From NCBI GenBank assembly GCA_002316275.1, contig DCDE01000035.1, positions 1,661 through 65,660 of the forward strand: a DNA stretch of 64,000 nucleotides, in the 5' to 3' direction. Position numbers and translations under genes: made by a program. The DNA is from a candidate division WOR-3 bacterium UBA1063. Its GTDB lineage: Bacteria; Hydrothermota; Hydrothermia; UBA1063. Under the pieces are notes generated by a model that saw only the letters and a program-made list of their open reading frames with translations, had not been told where the DNA came from and did no database searches. This document shows, one piece after another, positions 46,437 to 56,841 of the stretch; position 1 is the first letter of the stretch; every line of letters begins with the position of its first letter.

Positions 46437-49286
46437 ATGAAAAAATATACAAGAATCATAATACTTCTTATATTTTCAACCCTGCACTCCGAAACCATAG
46501 ATGGCGTCTTTCCCCTTCCTGGATACTCCAATGGCTATTATGCCTATGGCTTGGCTTTTGATGGCGAGTACCTTTGGATTGGTGATGACTACAATGGAAT
46601 GATTTACAAGATGGATACCCTTGGTAACGTCATTTCCTCATTTATGGGCATTACGGGATCAAACCACGGCCTTGCATGGGATGGAGAGGGTCTGTGGTGT
46701 GCAGGGGATTACAGTGTCACTCATCTCATAAAATTTAATCCATATGGAAGCAGAATAGATTCGGTAGCAGAAAACTGGCAATACATAGGTGGCCTAGGAT
46801 ATAACGGGAACCAGATCCTGGTAACAGTATATTATCCTAACACTAATAACAACATCTACCTTTTAGACCCCGCTACTGGTATTACCATTGGTACTGTTTC
46901 ATCGCCGGGGACACAGCCCCAGGGTGTCACCTTTGATGGTCAATACATCTGGGTTGTAATGGATGATAATGATGGAGATCCGGAGAGGGTGTGGAAGATA
47001 GATCCCGCCACAAGTGAAACGTTAATGAGTTTCCCTGTTCCAACAACAAGTCCTCGTGGCTTAGCCTGGTCTGGGACGCATCTCTGGCTTATTGCAATGA
47101 ACTCAGAAGGGTCAGGGGGTGTAGTCTACAAAATTAACCCATATGGGGGTGGAGTCCCTGAAATTTCACTAAACATAACTTCATATGACTTTGGGAATGT
47201 AATATTAGGTGAGGCAGAGACCCTCAAAATCGTATGCACAAACATTGGAAGTAGTGAATTATCCATCGATTCGACAAAGAACAACACACCTGCCTTTTCT
47301 GTCCTAAATATTTTCCCAATTATGATTCCACCATCAAACTCTGATACTCTTTTTGTTGTATTTTCTCCACCAGGCACAAATACTTACAGTGATACACTAT
47401 CTATATTTTCAAATGACCCTATGCACGATAGTGTAGCAGTCTCTCTACGTGGCACTGGTGTATCCAGTGGCCAAGACATCGATGTAGCAGACACCATCCT
47501 TACGTGGGATGCATGCCGCACTGGGGCATCTAAAAGGAAATGGCTTAACATTGCGAATCTTGGCTCTGCTACGCTCACTGTCGACAGCGTAAGATCTTCT
47601 TCTGCCACTTTTATGACAACCTCAGCTACACCATTCAATATAGATCCATCTTCCCAAGAAGCCATCGATATCTGGTTTTCACCTGAACTTGAACTTTCTT
47701 ATATCGACACTCTCTATATTTACAGCAATGATCCCGATGAAGAGACATTAATGGTTTATCTTAATGGCACAGGGGTAGATACAACATATTCAGGAGGAGA
47801 TATAATATGGTACTACTATGCGCGTGGCGGTTCCGTTTACAACCACATAAGGTCAATAAAATCGATATCCGATATAAACAACGACGGTAAAGATGATGCC
47901 GTGGCGGTTTCTGAAAACGACACCCTCTACCTAATTCACGGCAATGGATTCCAGGAGGGAGATCCGATTTGGAAACTCGCTTGTGGCACATGCTACACTG
48001 AGCACGGACTTACAGTAGTCCCAGACCTGAATGACGATGGATATGAGGACGTCGTGCTGGGAACTATTTGGGGAAGCAGGAAAGTTTTTGCAATTTCAGG
48101 CAAGGACGGGAATGTGTTATGGCAATACGATATGCATCAATATGGTGACGGGGGTTGGGTTTACGAGGTATCTTACGCACCAGACATTAATGGTGATGGT
48201 ATAGTGGAAATCCTCGCTGCAGCTGGTAATGACTCTTACGATACGGGACCTAAAAGAGCTTTCATGTTTGATGGAGCCACAGGAACAGTTATATGGCAAA
48301 CATATCTTACATATTCCGGTTTTTCAGTGAGAGTCATAGGAGACATTAACAACGATGGATACCCTGAAGTAGCGACAGGCACGGGGAACGGAAGTACATA
48401 CGCCTATTGGATATACCTTCTTAGTGGCTTAACGGGTAATATAATATGGAGTAAGAATGTCTCAGGAGCAGTATGGACTGTCATTCCACTTCAGGATATT
48501 AACGATGACGGTATACCAGACATTGCTGCCGGATTAGGAAATGGGCAGGTAATTGCATTAAACGGAATCAACGGAAATATCCTTTGGACTTACACTATGG
48601 GCGGCATTGTGACCGATCTCAATGCACTGAGAGACGTTAACGGTAATGGTTACTTTGAACTACTCCCAGCAGGTGCAGCGATCTCGAACTTCGTAGCCAT
48701 TGATTCCAGAACAGGTACTCCAGTCTGGAGTTTCAATTCGGGAGATGCTGTCTTTAGCATGGTTGAAATTCCTGACATAAGTGGTGATGGTAAAAATGAA
48801 GTAATTGGCGGTACAGGGTATAATGTGAACCGGCTTGCATTAATAGATGGTGCTACTGGCAATATGATTTGGAGCAAGACTATGCAAAGCCCCGTAGAAA
48901 CAGTCTACCCAATAAAAGACATTGATGCCAATGGTACTTCTGATATATTAGTTGGCCTTCGAAACGGGGATATATTATGCGTAGCCTCAGGACCAATAGT
49001 TGGTATACAGGATAGTCAACAGATTGGCATAGATTTGGCAAGAATAAACTCTAATATAGTAAAAGAGGGCAGTAAAATATCACTAACGCTTCTTGGTGGC
49101 GGTATGACATGTGTAGAAATTTTTGACGTTTCAGGAAGATGCGTTGCCACCCTTCTTAATCAGTTTTTAACAAAAGGCACACACAATATTCCACTTGAAC
49201 TCGATTTTCTACCTAATGGTGTTTATTTCATACGAATTCGACAACACGAAAGTATATACAGTTTTCGCATTCTTAAAATCCTTTAG
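46437..49286 (+). CDS. large multi-domain T9SS cargo: N-terminal propeller-like repeats, two choice-of-anchor-D/ASH-like beta-sandwiches, 8 FG-GAP-like repeats, CTD
   Basis: Signal peptide. GLAWDGEGLW-type repeats x4. DFGNV...TNIGSSELSI beta-sandwich signatures. Eight D-h-N-x-D-G-x-x-D FG-GAP-like loops (DINNDGKDD, DLNDDGYED, DINGDGIVE, ...). CTD ending NGVYFIRIRQHESIYSFRILKIL. Confidence 0.65.
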   Translation: MKKYTRIIILLIFSTLHSETIDGVFPLPGYSNGYYAYGLAFDGEYLWIGDDYNGMIYKMDTLGNVISSFMGITGSNHGLAWDGEGLWCAGDYSVTHLIKFNPYGSRIDSVAENWQYIGGLGYNGNQILVTVYYPNTNNNIYLLDPATGITIGTVSSPGTQPQGVTFDGQYIWVVMDDNDGDPERVWKIDPATSETLMSFPVPTTSPRGLAWSGTHLWLIAMNSEGSGGVVYKINPYGGGVPEISLNITSYDFGNVILGEAETLKIVCTNIGSSELSIDSTKNNTPAFSVLNIFPIMIPPSNSDTLFVVFSPPGTNTYSDTLSIFSNDPMHDSVAVSLRGTGVSSGQDIDVADTILTWDACRTGASKRKWLNIANLGSATLTVDSVRSSSATFMTTSATPFNIDPSSQEAIDIWFSPELELSYIDTLYIYSNDPDEETLMVYLNGTGVDTTYSGGDIIWYYYARGGSVYNHIRSIKSISDINNDGKDDAVAVSENDTLYLIHGNGFQEGDPIWKLACGTCYTEHGLTVVPDLNDDGYEDVVLGTIWGSRKVFAISGKDGNVLWQYDMHQYGDGGWVYEVSYAPDINGDGIVEILAAAGNDSYDTGPKRAFMFDGATGTVIWQTYLTYSGFSVRVIGDINNDGYPEVATGTGNGSTYAYWIYLLSGLTGNIIWSKNVSGAVWTVIPLQDINDDGIPDIAAGLGNGQVIALNGINGNILWTYTMGGIVTDLNALRDVNGNGYFELLPAGAAISNFVAIDSRTGTPVWSFNSGDAVFSMVEIPDISGDGKNEVIGGTGYNVNRLALIDGATGNMIWSKTMQSPVETVYPIKDIDANGTSDILVGLRNGDILCVASGPIVGIQDSQQIGIDLARINSNIVKEGSKISLTLLGGGMTCVEIFDVSGRCVATLLNQFLTKGTHNIPLELDFLPNGVYFIRIRQHESIYSFRILKIL

Positions 49287-49340
49287 CGAAGTCTACTGCT
49301 CGGGTGCTTAAGGTTGGTACACTAAGCTGAAATTTAGAAA

Positions 49341-52300
49341 TTACGATGTGCTATTCGATTTAATTCTCTCTGCCCAGTATGGTACCGATAGCTTTTTGAA
49401 AACTGATATAGCTTTGCGCCTGTAATTTTCCGCTCTCTTAAGGTCCCCTGCTTTCTCAAGACAGTTTGCATACTCAGCATATGTTCTCGCTAAGTCATAA
49501 CGATGTCCTATGTTACGAAGGATCGAAATGGCTTCCTCAAAATCCCTTTCAGCTTCTTTGTAATGCCCATTTGCAGTTTTAACTTTACCTGACAACATTA
49601 GGCGCCTCGCGGCCAGCGCAGGTTGCTGTTCGTCTCTACATTTACGAACTAAATAGGCGATTTGTCTTTCTGAAATCCTCTCACCTTTCGCCATTCGAAT
49701 TTCGTATAAAACTAATTTAAATCTTTGGTATAATCCAACTCCATCAATTTTTTTGATCAACTTTGCCAGTTTATTGCAAGCATATTCAGCCTTATCTAGG
49801 TCGCCAGAATCTAAAAACATGAACGCAAGTGAAACATAAACTTCTGCAATATTTTTATTGAGCTTCAACGATTCAAAAATCTCTAAGCTCTTCAAAAAAT
49901 ATGATTCCGACAAATTAAATTCACCAATTGAATAATATACAGTACCTATTTGTGCCAGTACTACAGCTTTTAAATAAGGCATGTTAATCTTCTCAGACAA
50001 ACTCAAGGCTTTTGTAAGAAGCTTCAAAGCTTTACGGAAGTAACCCAAATCCAAAAAATCAATACCCAAACTCAGAAGAGAAAACGCTTCCGTATTTTTA
50101 TCTTTAATCTCTCTCGCCATTTTCAAAGTCTTACGGTGTATTTCGATTGCCCTCTTACAATTCCCCGTTTCATTAAAAATTATTCCCAAGTTTCTTAGAG
50201 CAGAAAGTTCGGAAGCCACATTTCCAGTTATGTGAAGGATGTTCGCGCTTTTCTCAAAATAAGTTTGGGCTTTTGAAAAGTCAGGCTCTCGAAATAAATA
50301 TGTAACACCAATGTTATGTAAAATAGATCCCTGAATCCGTAAATATCCAATTCTTTCTGCAGCTTCAAGCGCAGCGTTGTACAATTCCAGTGCCTTATCT
50401 AAATTACCATACATAGAATATGTTGAAGCAATATCGCACAATACGCTTATCTTATTCCGCTCATCGTGAAGCTCTTCATAGATTGCGGAAGCTTTCCTAA
50501 ACCACTCTAAGGCTTCTTCGTGACAGCACGTTCGATCATATATAACACCTTTATATCGCATGGCATTTGCTAAGATATCTTGCCTTCCTGCACTCGAAGC
50601 AAGCTCCATTGATTTATCTAAGTAAGCTTGAGCAACATTATACTTTGCAAGATCACTGTAGCAAAGCCCCATTCCCAAATATGATAAAGCCATCCCACCG
50701 GAGTCTTTCAAACCCTCAAAAATGTTATAAGCCTGCTTAAATTTATCGATTGCATCAAAAAACCTTGCGGTTTTTTCAAGAATATATCCAAGATTACAGA
50801 GAGCCGGAGCTTCAAGGCTCTTATCTCCAATTAACTGAGCAAGCTTGATCGCCTCTTCACAATTTGCGATAGCCTTTTCAGGTTCGCCTAGCAAGTTGTA
50901 TACATCAGCCAGCTTGTTGAGGATATTAATTTTCTTAATCTCTTTCTCCTCTATATCCTTGGAACTATCAAGGCAATCGATAGCCCATGAACAGTATTTA
51001 GCAGCTTCCCGATATGAGTAGAGTTCTATAGCTTTTTCTATAGATTTCATACAAAAATCAATTGCATTTGAAAAATCACCACTTTTATAGTAATGATACG
51101 CAATTTCTTCAAGATCTTCAGGGAATAGCTCCCTAAGCACTTCAGCAACCATATGATGCATAACCCTTCTTCGCTCCCCATCCATCCAGAAATAAATTGC
51201 ATCCCTAACAATATCTGCTGTAAAGTTATATTTGTATGAATCGGTCTTCTCAATGAAACCCAACTTTATTAGCTGGTCAAGAATTTCATTAAGTACGCCA
51301 TAATCCATTCTGGATATTTCTTTAACTAATTCGAGATTGAATGGTCTTCCAAACACTGACAAAATTTCTAATAAATAGGATTGCACTTCATTAAGATTAG
51401 ATAATCTCATTTCAACGACTACATTAATGGAATCGGGAATATTATCGCTAATCTCCGTTCTAAATTCCCATCTATCATGAGCCCAGTAAATATCTCCTGT
51501 GGAAACCATATATTTAATGAGTTCATACAAAATATACGGATTCCCACCACCCTTTGCAACCAAAAATCTGGTGAATTCCTCGGGCACATCCTGCCCGAGC
51601 ACACAAGTTATAAGTTGATGCACTCCCTCTATTTTAAGCGGACCTAAATCTATAATCAGAGATGGTGCCTCTCTTACAATATTTGTAATCAATTTAGAGA
51701 GAGTCTCTTCTCTGTGCATTTCCTCGATCCTCGATGTAAAAATCATAGGCACTTTGTCCGCGATCGACGACCTCGCTATAAAATGAAAAACCTCAAGGGA
51801 ATGTAAATCTGCCCACTGCACGTTGTCGACAAATAGTAACAGTGTACGCCCAGCGTTAGTTACTATCTCTAAAACATCTTGTATTGCATCGAATAACCTA
51901 AACTTATCAATAACATATACAGGTTCCTCATTTTTTTCGCCTAAGGGAGGAAATAATTTAGAAATTTCCCCCATAGAACTTGCAGATAACTTACTAAAAA
52001 GTTCTACATTCTCTTTTACAAGTTGCTTTAATATTGCCCTCACAGAATAGAGGATTACAGACTGTGTCACAGGTGATAGGGTTACTTCAACCTTGATAAA
52101 GTCAGAAAGCTGAGGATAATTCAGAACTTCTTTTACTAACCTAGTTTTTCCTATACCAATTTCACCCTTAACCAATACAAATCCACCAGGCTGCCCTTTA
52201 CTGGTGAGAAAGGAAATAATTTTGGCCACTTCTTCTTCTCTTCCAATGAGGTCGTGAGTTGGAATAGAGAGGGTTTTTAACTTATCAAGGGTCCCTATCC

Positions 52301-52778
52301 TACTTCTTCCTTGCCTTTTCGCAGCCAGAAGGCTCCTATCCGCCAATTCGAAGAGCTTATCCCATGTATCAGCGTGGTATTGAAAAGAGGCTATACCTGC
52401 ACTTGCTGTTAATTTTATCTTACTAAACTCCCTTTCTTTGCACCGTGCCAATATCCTTTCTACAATTTTTATTGCTTCTTCATATTCAACATCAAAAAGA
52501 ATTGCAATAAATTCGTCTCCACCATACCTAATTACAATATCTTCCATTCGAAGTGAACTTTTCAAAAACTCAGTAAATTCCCTTAAAACTAAATCCCCAA
52601 CGCTATGACCATAAAAATCATTTACCCTCTTAAAATAATCGACATCAAAAATCACCAGTTGGAAAGTCCTACCCTCAGAACGAGTCTTCTCTATTAATTC
52701 ATCAATTTTTTCTTCTAAGAAAGCCCTATTATATACACCCGTTAATGTGTCGACATATAAGCGCTTATTCTCTTTCAT
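49341..52778 (-). CDS. GGDEF diguanylate cyclase fused to STAND-type (AAA_16-like) NTPase and C-terminal TPR array
   Basis: N-terminal GGDEF with RYGGDEF A-site and upstream RMED (RxxD I-site). Walker A GEIGIGKTRLV. Walker B LLLFVDNVQWAD. Roughly 600 aa of TPR-like repeats. Confidence 0.75.
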   Translation of the reverse strand: MKENKRLYVDTLTGVYNRAFLEEKIDELIEKTRSEGRTFQLVIFDVDYFKRVNDFYGHSVGDLVLREFTEFLKSSLRMEDIVIRYGGDEFIAILFDVEYEEAIKIVERILARCKEREFSKIKLTASAGIASFQYHADTWDKLFELADRSLLAAKRQGRSRIGTLDKLKTLSIPTHDLIGREEEVAKIISFLTSKGQPGGFVLVKGEIGIGKTRLVKEVLNYPQLSDFIKVEVTLSPVTQSVILYSVRAILKQLVKENVELFSKLSASSMGEISKLFPPLGEKNEEPVYVIDKFRLFDAIQDVLEIVTNAGRTLLLFVDNVQWADLHSLEVFHFIARSSIADKVPMIFTSRIEEMHREETLSKLITNIVREAPSLIIDLGPLKIEGVHQLITCVLGQDVPEEFTRFLVAKGGGNPYILYELIKYMVSTGDIYWAHDRWEFRTEISDNIPDSINVVVEMRLSNLNEVQSYLLEILSVFGRPFNLELVKEISRMDYGVLNEILDQLIKLGFIEKTDSYKYNFTADIVRDAIYFWMDGERRRVMHHMVAEVLRELFPEDLEEIAYHYYKSGDFSNAIDFCMKSIEKAIELYSYREAAKYCSWAIDCLDSSKDIEEKEIKKINILNKLADVYNLLGEPEKAIANCEEAIKLAQLIGDKSLEAPALCNLGYILEKTARFFDAIDKFKQAYNIFEGLKDSGGMALSYLGMGLCYSDLAKYNVAQAYLDKSMELASSAGRQDILANAMRYKGVIYDRTCCHEEALEWFRKASAIYEELHDERNKISVLCDIASTYSMYGNLDKALELYNAALEAAERIGYLRIQGSILHNIGVTYLFREPDFSKAQTYFEKSANILHITGNVASELSALRNLGIIFNETGNCKRAIEIHRKTLKMAREIKDKNTEAFSLLSLGIDFLDLGYFRKALKLLTKALSLSEKINMPYLKAVVLAQIGTVYYSIGEFNLSESYFLKSLEIFESLKLNKNIAEVYVSLAFMFLDSGDLDKAEYACNKLAKLIKKIDGVGLYQRFKLVLYEIRMAKGERISERQIAYLVRKCRDEQQPALAARRLMLSGKVKTANGHYKEAERDFEEAISILRNIGHRYDLARTYAEYANCLEKAGDLKRAENYRRKAISVFKKLSVPYWAERIKSNSTS

Positions 52779-52930
52779 TTAATCTCACAGCCCTTAGTTA
52801 TATTATAACGCAATTTTAAAAAAAAGGAAATACAACCTATCCAATTAGTAAATAAGACTAAATGAATCAAAAAGAAAATGTAAACCACTAATTTTTGAGT
52901 TCTGAGGAACATCTGTTAAAATATTTAGCG

Positions 52931-53662
52931 ATGTTTAATTTGATGTTCTGTTTAATTTTAATGTCCTCTAATATAGCATTATTAGCAAAAGGGGACTCAC
53001 TGTTTGCACTTCTAAAATATGAAGAAGCCCTTAAAGTATATGAGACAGCTTACCGAGAAAACAGCGGCGATTACGAAACCCTCTGGAGGCTTGCAATGGT
53101 TTATTTAAGCCTGGGAGAGGAGTTAAAAGATAAAAAAGTGGCTCAAAAAAATTATGACTTAGCGTTAAACTACGCTAAAAAGGCTACAAAAGTAAATCCT
53201 GACGGGGATTGGGGGTGGACTTTTTTTGCAGCCGTTAATGGGGTAACTGCTCTTTCCGTAGGAGGGAAAGAAAAAGTAAAATATGCAATGATAATCAAGG
53301 AAGCAGTGAACAAGGCGCTCAGTATCAATCCGAATAATGACCTAGCAAATTTTATATGGGGATCATACAACTTTGAAGCAGCAACACTCAATCCTATGTT
53401 GAGGAGTTTTGCAAAAACTATATTTGGGGAGGTCCCGGAGGGTACAATTGAGAATGCGGAAAAGTACATCAAAAAAGCTACACTTTTAAATCCTGCGAGA
53501 ATTCAGTACCACTACGAACTTGCAAGGGTTTACGAATACCAAGAAAAAATTGATGAGGCGAAAAACACCCTGAGGAAAGCAATTAGTCTTAAACCGCAGA
53601 TAAGAGAAGATATCAAGTACCTCGAGAAAGCAAAAAAAATGCTCCAGAAATTGGAGAAGTAA
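52931..53662 (+). CDS. secreted TPR-like helical-repeat protein
   Basis: Start moved to the internal Met giving signal peptide MFNLMFCLILMSSNIALLA (track ORF begins at 52895). Helical repeats; C-terminal KAISLKPQ... Confidence 0.4.
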   Translation: MFNLMFCLILMSSNIALLAKGDSLFALLKYEEALKVYETAYRENSGDYETLWRLAMVYLSLGEELKDKKVAQKNYDLALNYAKKATKVNPDGDWGWTFFAAVNGVTALSVGGKEKVKYAMIIKEAVNKALSINPNNDLANFIWGSYNFEAATLNPMLRSFAKTIFGEVPEGTIENAEKYIKKATLLNPARIQYHYELARVYEYQEKIDEAKNTLRKAISLKPQIREDIKYLEKAKKMLQKLEK

Positions 53663-53824
53663 CTTAACTCACCATCTATACATTTAAATCAGATTATGTT
53701 TCTTGTCTCAACTATATTTCTCTATTTCGCAAAAATACGGAAATATTATAATAAAAGAGAAACTTGCGTATTGCTTCGCAAGAGATTATCTATCCGACTT
53801 TGAGATAGATCGCGACAAAAAGAA

Positions 53825-55162
53825 CTAACCCTTAATATATTCCATAGGGTCTATGAATTCCGCTTCAAGATCGGTAAAATATTCTTTAAGGGTAGATGCT
53901 TTACCCACAATAAGAATAAAAGGATGATCAAAGTTAAAAAACCTTAACGCTACATCGTTCAATTCCTGAATCTTTATGCCTTTAATCTCATTTACCTCTT
54001 CCTCAAAGTGAAAATACGGAAGTTCGTAAATCACCTCTTCAGTAATCATAGAGAGGAGCTGTGCATAACTTTCCATTTTGAGGGGTGTGTTCCCTTTAAA
54101 AAATGAGACGGCATCCTGAAGCTCTTCCTCACTAAAACCTTCTTTATGTACCTTTGATAATTCATCAAAGATAAGATCAAATGCCCTCCTTACATTTCTC
54201 TTATTAGTCTCACAGGCAATCACTTTATATGCCCCAACAATGTTCCCATTTAGTGGAATCCCAACATTAATGGATGAACTTGCAGAGTAAGTTAAAGCCT
54301 CCTTCACCCTTAGTCGCTTCATTAGCCTTGAAGATAAATCGGAACCCCCAAAAATGAAGTTTGCTACTTTCAAGTGCTGGTAACTTGGATGACTTCTGGG
54401 AATTGAAGGGGCTATGACTCTAATATGTGCCTGCTCAATGTCCATATCAACGAAGTAAATCTTATCAAATTTCGGATATGACTCCCGTAAGTTCACAAGA
54501 GTAAACTCAGCACTACGTACATCTTTAAGAACTTCAAAGTCCTGTATTCGCTCTTGAAGATCAAGATTTGAAACTACCACAACCCTTATCCTCGTTTTCC
54601 CCAAGAGCCCCGCATAGAAATCCTTTATCTCATTTAGCTCAAGACTAAGAACGTCTGGGATCAACCCAAAATCGGGTAAAGCCCTCAATTCGGGAACGTT
54701 TTGAAAGTAAAAATAGTTGCAAAAATACGATGCAATAAACTCAGGGTCCTGGAAACCCAGTTGAATAGCTGTTACATACTGATCTTTTAGCCTCTTAAAG
54801 TCCTCTCCTCTAAAGGCTGGCGCAGTCATTATTTCACTTAACTTAGTAATGCTATCACTAAAAAAATCTGAAAGACCATCACTCTCAAATGTGCTAATAG
54901 AGTATCCTGAACGTACCTTAAGCCTTAGACCCATCCTCTCAAGTTCTTGCGAAAAGTCGACTGGAGATTTCCCCACGGGACCTTCGTTTATGAGCTTTAA
55001 TGTGAAATTGTGAATCCCTCTTTTACCTTTCTCATGAACCGATCCTTTATCTATGAGGAGATTGGTATAGAAAATGGGAAATTTCTCCCTTCGCAGATAA
55101 TAGACCTCAAAATTGTCTGAGATTTTTAGCTTAAATACTCTATTATCCATATAGTACTCCAA
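53825..55162 (-). CDS. M16-family peptidase, non-catalytic partner subunit (no HxxEH)
   Basis: M16 fold-like sequence without an inverzincin motif. 20-nt overlap with the upstream catalytic M16 gene. Confidence 0.55.
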   Translation of the reverse strand: MEYYMDNRVFKLKISDNFEVYYLRREKFPIFYTNLLIDKGSVHEKGKRGIHNFTLKLINEGPVGKSPVDFSQELERMGLRLKVRSGYSISTFESDGLSDFFSDSITKLSEIMTAPAFRGEDFKRLKDQYVTAIQLGFQDPEFIASYFCNYFYFQNVPELRALPDFGLIPDVLSLELNEIKDFYAGLLGKTRIRVVVVSNLDLQERIQDFEVLKDVRSAEFTLVNLRESYPKFDKIYFVDMDIEQAHIRVIAPSIPRSHPSYQHLKVANFIFGGSDLSSRLMKRLRVKEALTYSASSSINVGIPLNGNIVGAYKVIACETNKRNVRRAFDLIFDELSKVHKEGFSEEELQDAVSFFKGNTPLKMESYAQLLSMITEEVIYELPYFHFEEEVNEIKGIKIQELNDVALRFFNFDHPFILIVGKASTLKEYFTDLEAEFIDPMEYIKG

Positions 55163-56372
55163 GCGTTTCGCGCTCCTCCACTAAATAACTTTTGAAAAGA
55201 CTTGTCACTTCACCAAGGGAAACCTTCTTTAACTCCTCTGGATACCTATTAATATCTTCAGCTGTGCCGCAGAGCTCAAATTCTCCTAGTTCAAATACAA
55301 CATCCCTAACCGATTCTATGTTAAAGAAAAATTCTGTCAGAAGTTTGCTCTTTGCTGTATTAACCATATCAATATTTATTTTATCTTTTGACTCCCAAAG
55401 TCCTTTCTCGAGAATTTCTACAGCTTTAAAGATATCTATACCAGGGACTGGCACTCCTACCATGGTAAATAGTCCAGAATCCTTCAAAAAACTGGATTCG
55501 CAATTCAATGAGGTAAATATGCCTTTATTGTACACAAGCTCTCTTACTAAGACACCCCATTTACCTCCACAGAGTACTTCACCAAGTACATCGAGAGCAT
55601 ACATATGTCTGTGGCCAAAAGCTGCTGTTTTGAAACCCAATGAGATCATTGGACTAACATACTTTTTCTTAATCTTAAGAAACCGCTTCTCAGACTGCAG
55701 CGGTTCTGAAGGGTTAGCAAAGTTAAAGTCGCTACTCTTAATGATACTCCCAAAATATTTATCTGCAAGCGAAAAAACCTTATCAGGACTAACGCCACCT
55801 GCTACCACTAATATGGCGTTCGAAGGCACATAAAGTGCATTGTAATACTCTAAAACATCGTGAAGTGAAATCTTCTCAAGATCTTCCATAAAGCCGATTA
55901 CTGGAAACCGGTAGGGATGCACTTGAAAAAGGGTGAGCCAAAACTTTTCCATAAAGCATTCCACAGGGTTATCGAGAGTTGTATATCGCCTCTCATCTTT
56001 AACGACCTCCATTTCTTCTTCAAAGTCTGTTATCTCAAGATTTACCATGCGATCCGCCTCCATAGACAAAAACGTCTCAAGACCATCAACGGGTAAAAAA
56101 GCGTAGTATATCGTATAATCTTTAGAGGTGTAAGCATTATCGTAACCGCCTGTTTTTTGGATTTTTTTGGAATAATCCTCGGAGGCCAAATTTTTTGTGC
56201 CTTTAAACATCATATGCTCTAGTATATGAGAGATACCCGTAATTCCTTCCCTTTCAGTTCTACTTCCTGCTCCATACAAAATAGCAGATGCCACCATAGG
56301 ACTATACTTATCTTCATTTACCACCACCTTTAAACCGTTCCCAAGATTACGTTTCTCTATAACCAATTCCAT
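55143..56372 (-). CDS. M16-family (pitrilysin-like) zinc peptidase, catalytic subunit
   Basis: HILEHMMFKGT inverzincin HxxEH motif near the N-terminus with a downstream Glu-rich region. Confidence 0.7.
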   Translation of the reverse strand: MELVIEKRNLGNGLKVVVNEDKYSPMVASAILYGAGSRTEREGITGISHILEHMMFKGTKNLASEDYSKKIQKTGGYDNAYTSKDYTIYYAFLPVDGLETFLSMEADRMVNLEITDFEEEMEVVKDERRYTTLDNPVECFMEKFWLTLFQVHPYRFPVIGFMEDLEKISLHDVLEYYNALYVPSNAILVVAGGVSPDKVFSLADKYFGSIIKSSDFNFANPSEPLQSEKRFLKIKKKYVSPMISLGFKTAAFGHRHMYALDVLGEVLCGGKWGVLVRELVYNKGIFTSLNCESSFLKDSGLFTMVGVPVPGIDIFKAVEILEKGLWESKDKINIDMVNTAKSKLLTEFFFNIESVRDVVFELGEFELCGTAEDINRYPEELKKVSLGEVTSLFKSYLVEERETLGVLYG

Positions 56373-56376
56373 TTCT

Positions 56377-56841
56377 CTATTCCATCTCCCTCTTCATAGC
56401 TCTCTGAATCTCCCGCTCAACAATTCTCTTTTTAAGCTCTTCTCGCTTCTCGTAAAGCTTTTTCCCTCTACCAAGCCCCAACACAACCTTGATCAAATTC
56501 CTCTTCTCCACAACCATAAGGGGTATCAGAGTGAAGCCCCTCTCCTTGACCTTGCCTATAAGCCTTTTTATTTCATACTTATGTAGTAGAAGCTTCCTCG
56601 GTCTTAATGGATTTAACTTGGATATCCTATCCTTCTCATACGGCGTGATATGCATATTAATAATATAAACCTCACCATTTCTTATATCAGCATAAGCCTC
56701 TTTAAGGGAAACCTTACCTTCCTTTACCGATTTCACCTCGCTGCCTTTCAGAACTATGCCTGCTTCGTACGTCTCCAGGATTTCAAAATCATGATATGCC
56801 TTTTGGTTCTTCACAATAATGCGCTCAGGATGTTTATTCAT
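56377..56841 (-). CDS. smpB: SsrA-binding protein
   Basis: 154 aa. Basic C-terminal tail. IVKNQKAYHDFEILETYEAGIVLKGSEVKS SmpB signature. Confidence 0.85.
   Translation of the reverse strand: MNKHPERIIVKNQKAYHDFEILETYEAGIVLKGSEVKSVKEGKVSLKEAYADIRNGEVYIINMHITPYEKDRISKLNPLRPRKLLLHKYEIKRLIGKVKERGFTLIPLMVVEKRNLIKVVLGLGRGKKLYEKREELKKRIVEREIQRAMKREME

Noticed and set aside
53717-53810. Several short inverted repeats in the convergent intergenic region between the TPR gene and the M16 gene. The clearest are CTTGCG-N8-CGCAAG at 53763..53782 and ATCTAT-N11-ATAGAT at 53788..53810
   Set aside because: Stems are only 5-7 bp, are AT-rich and lack flanking U-tracts. They may act as weak bidirectional terminators, but the support is too weak to call.
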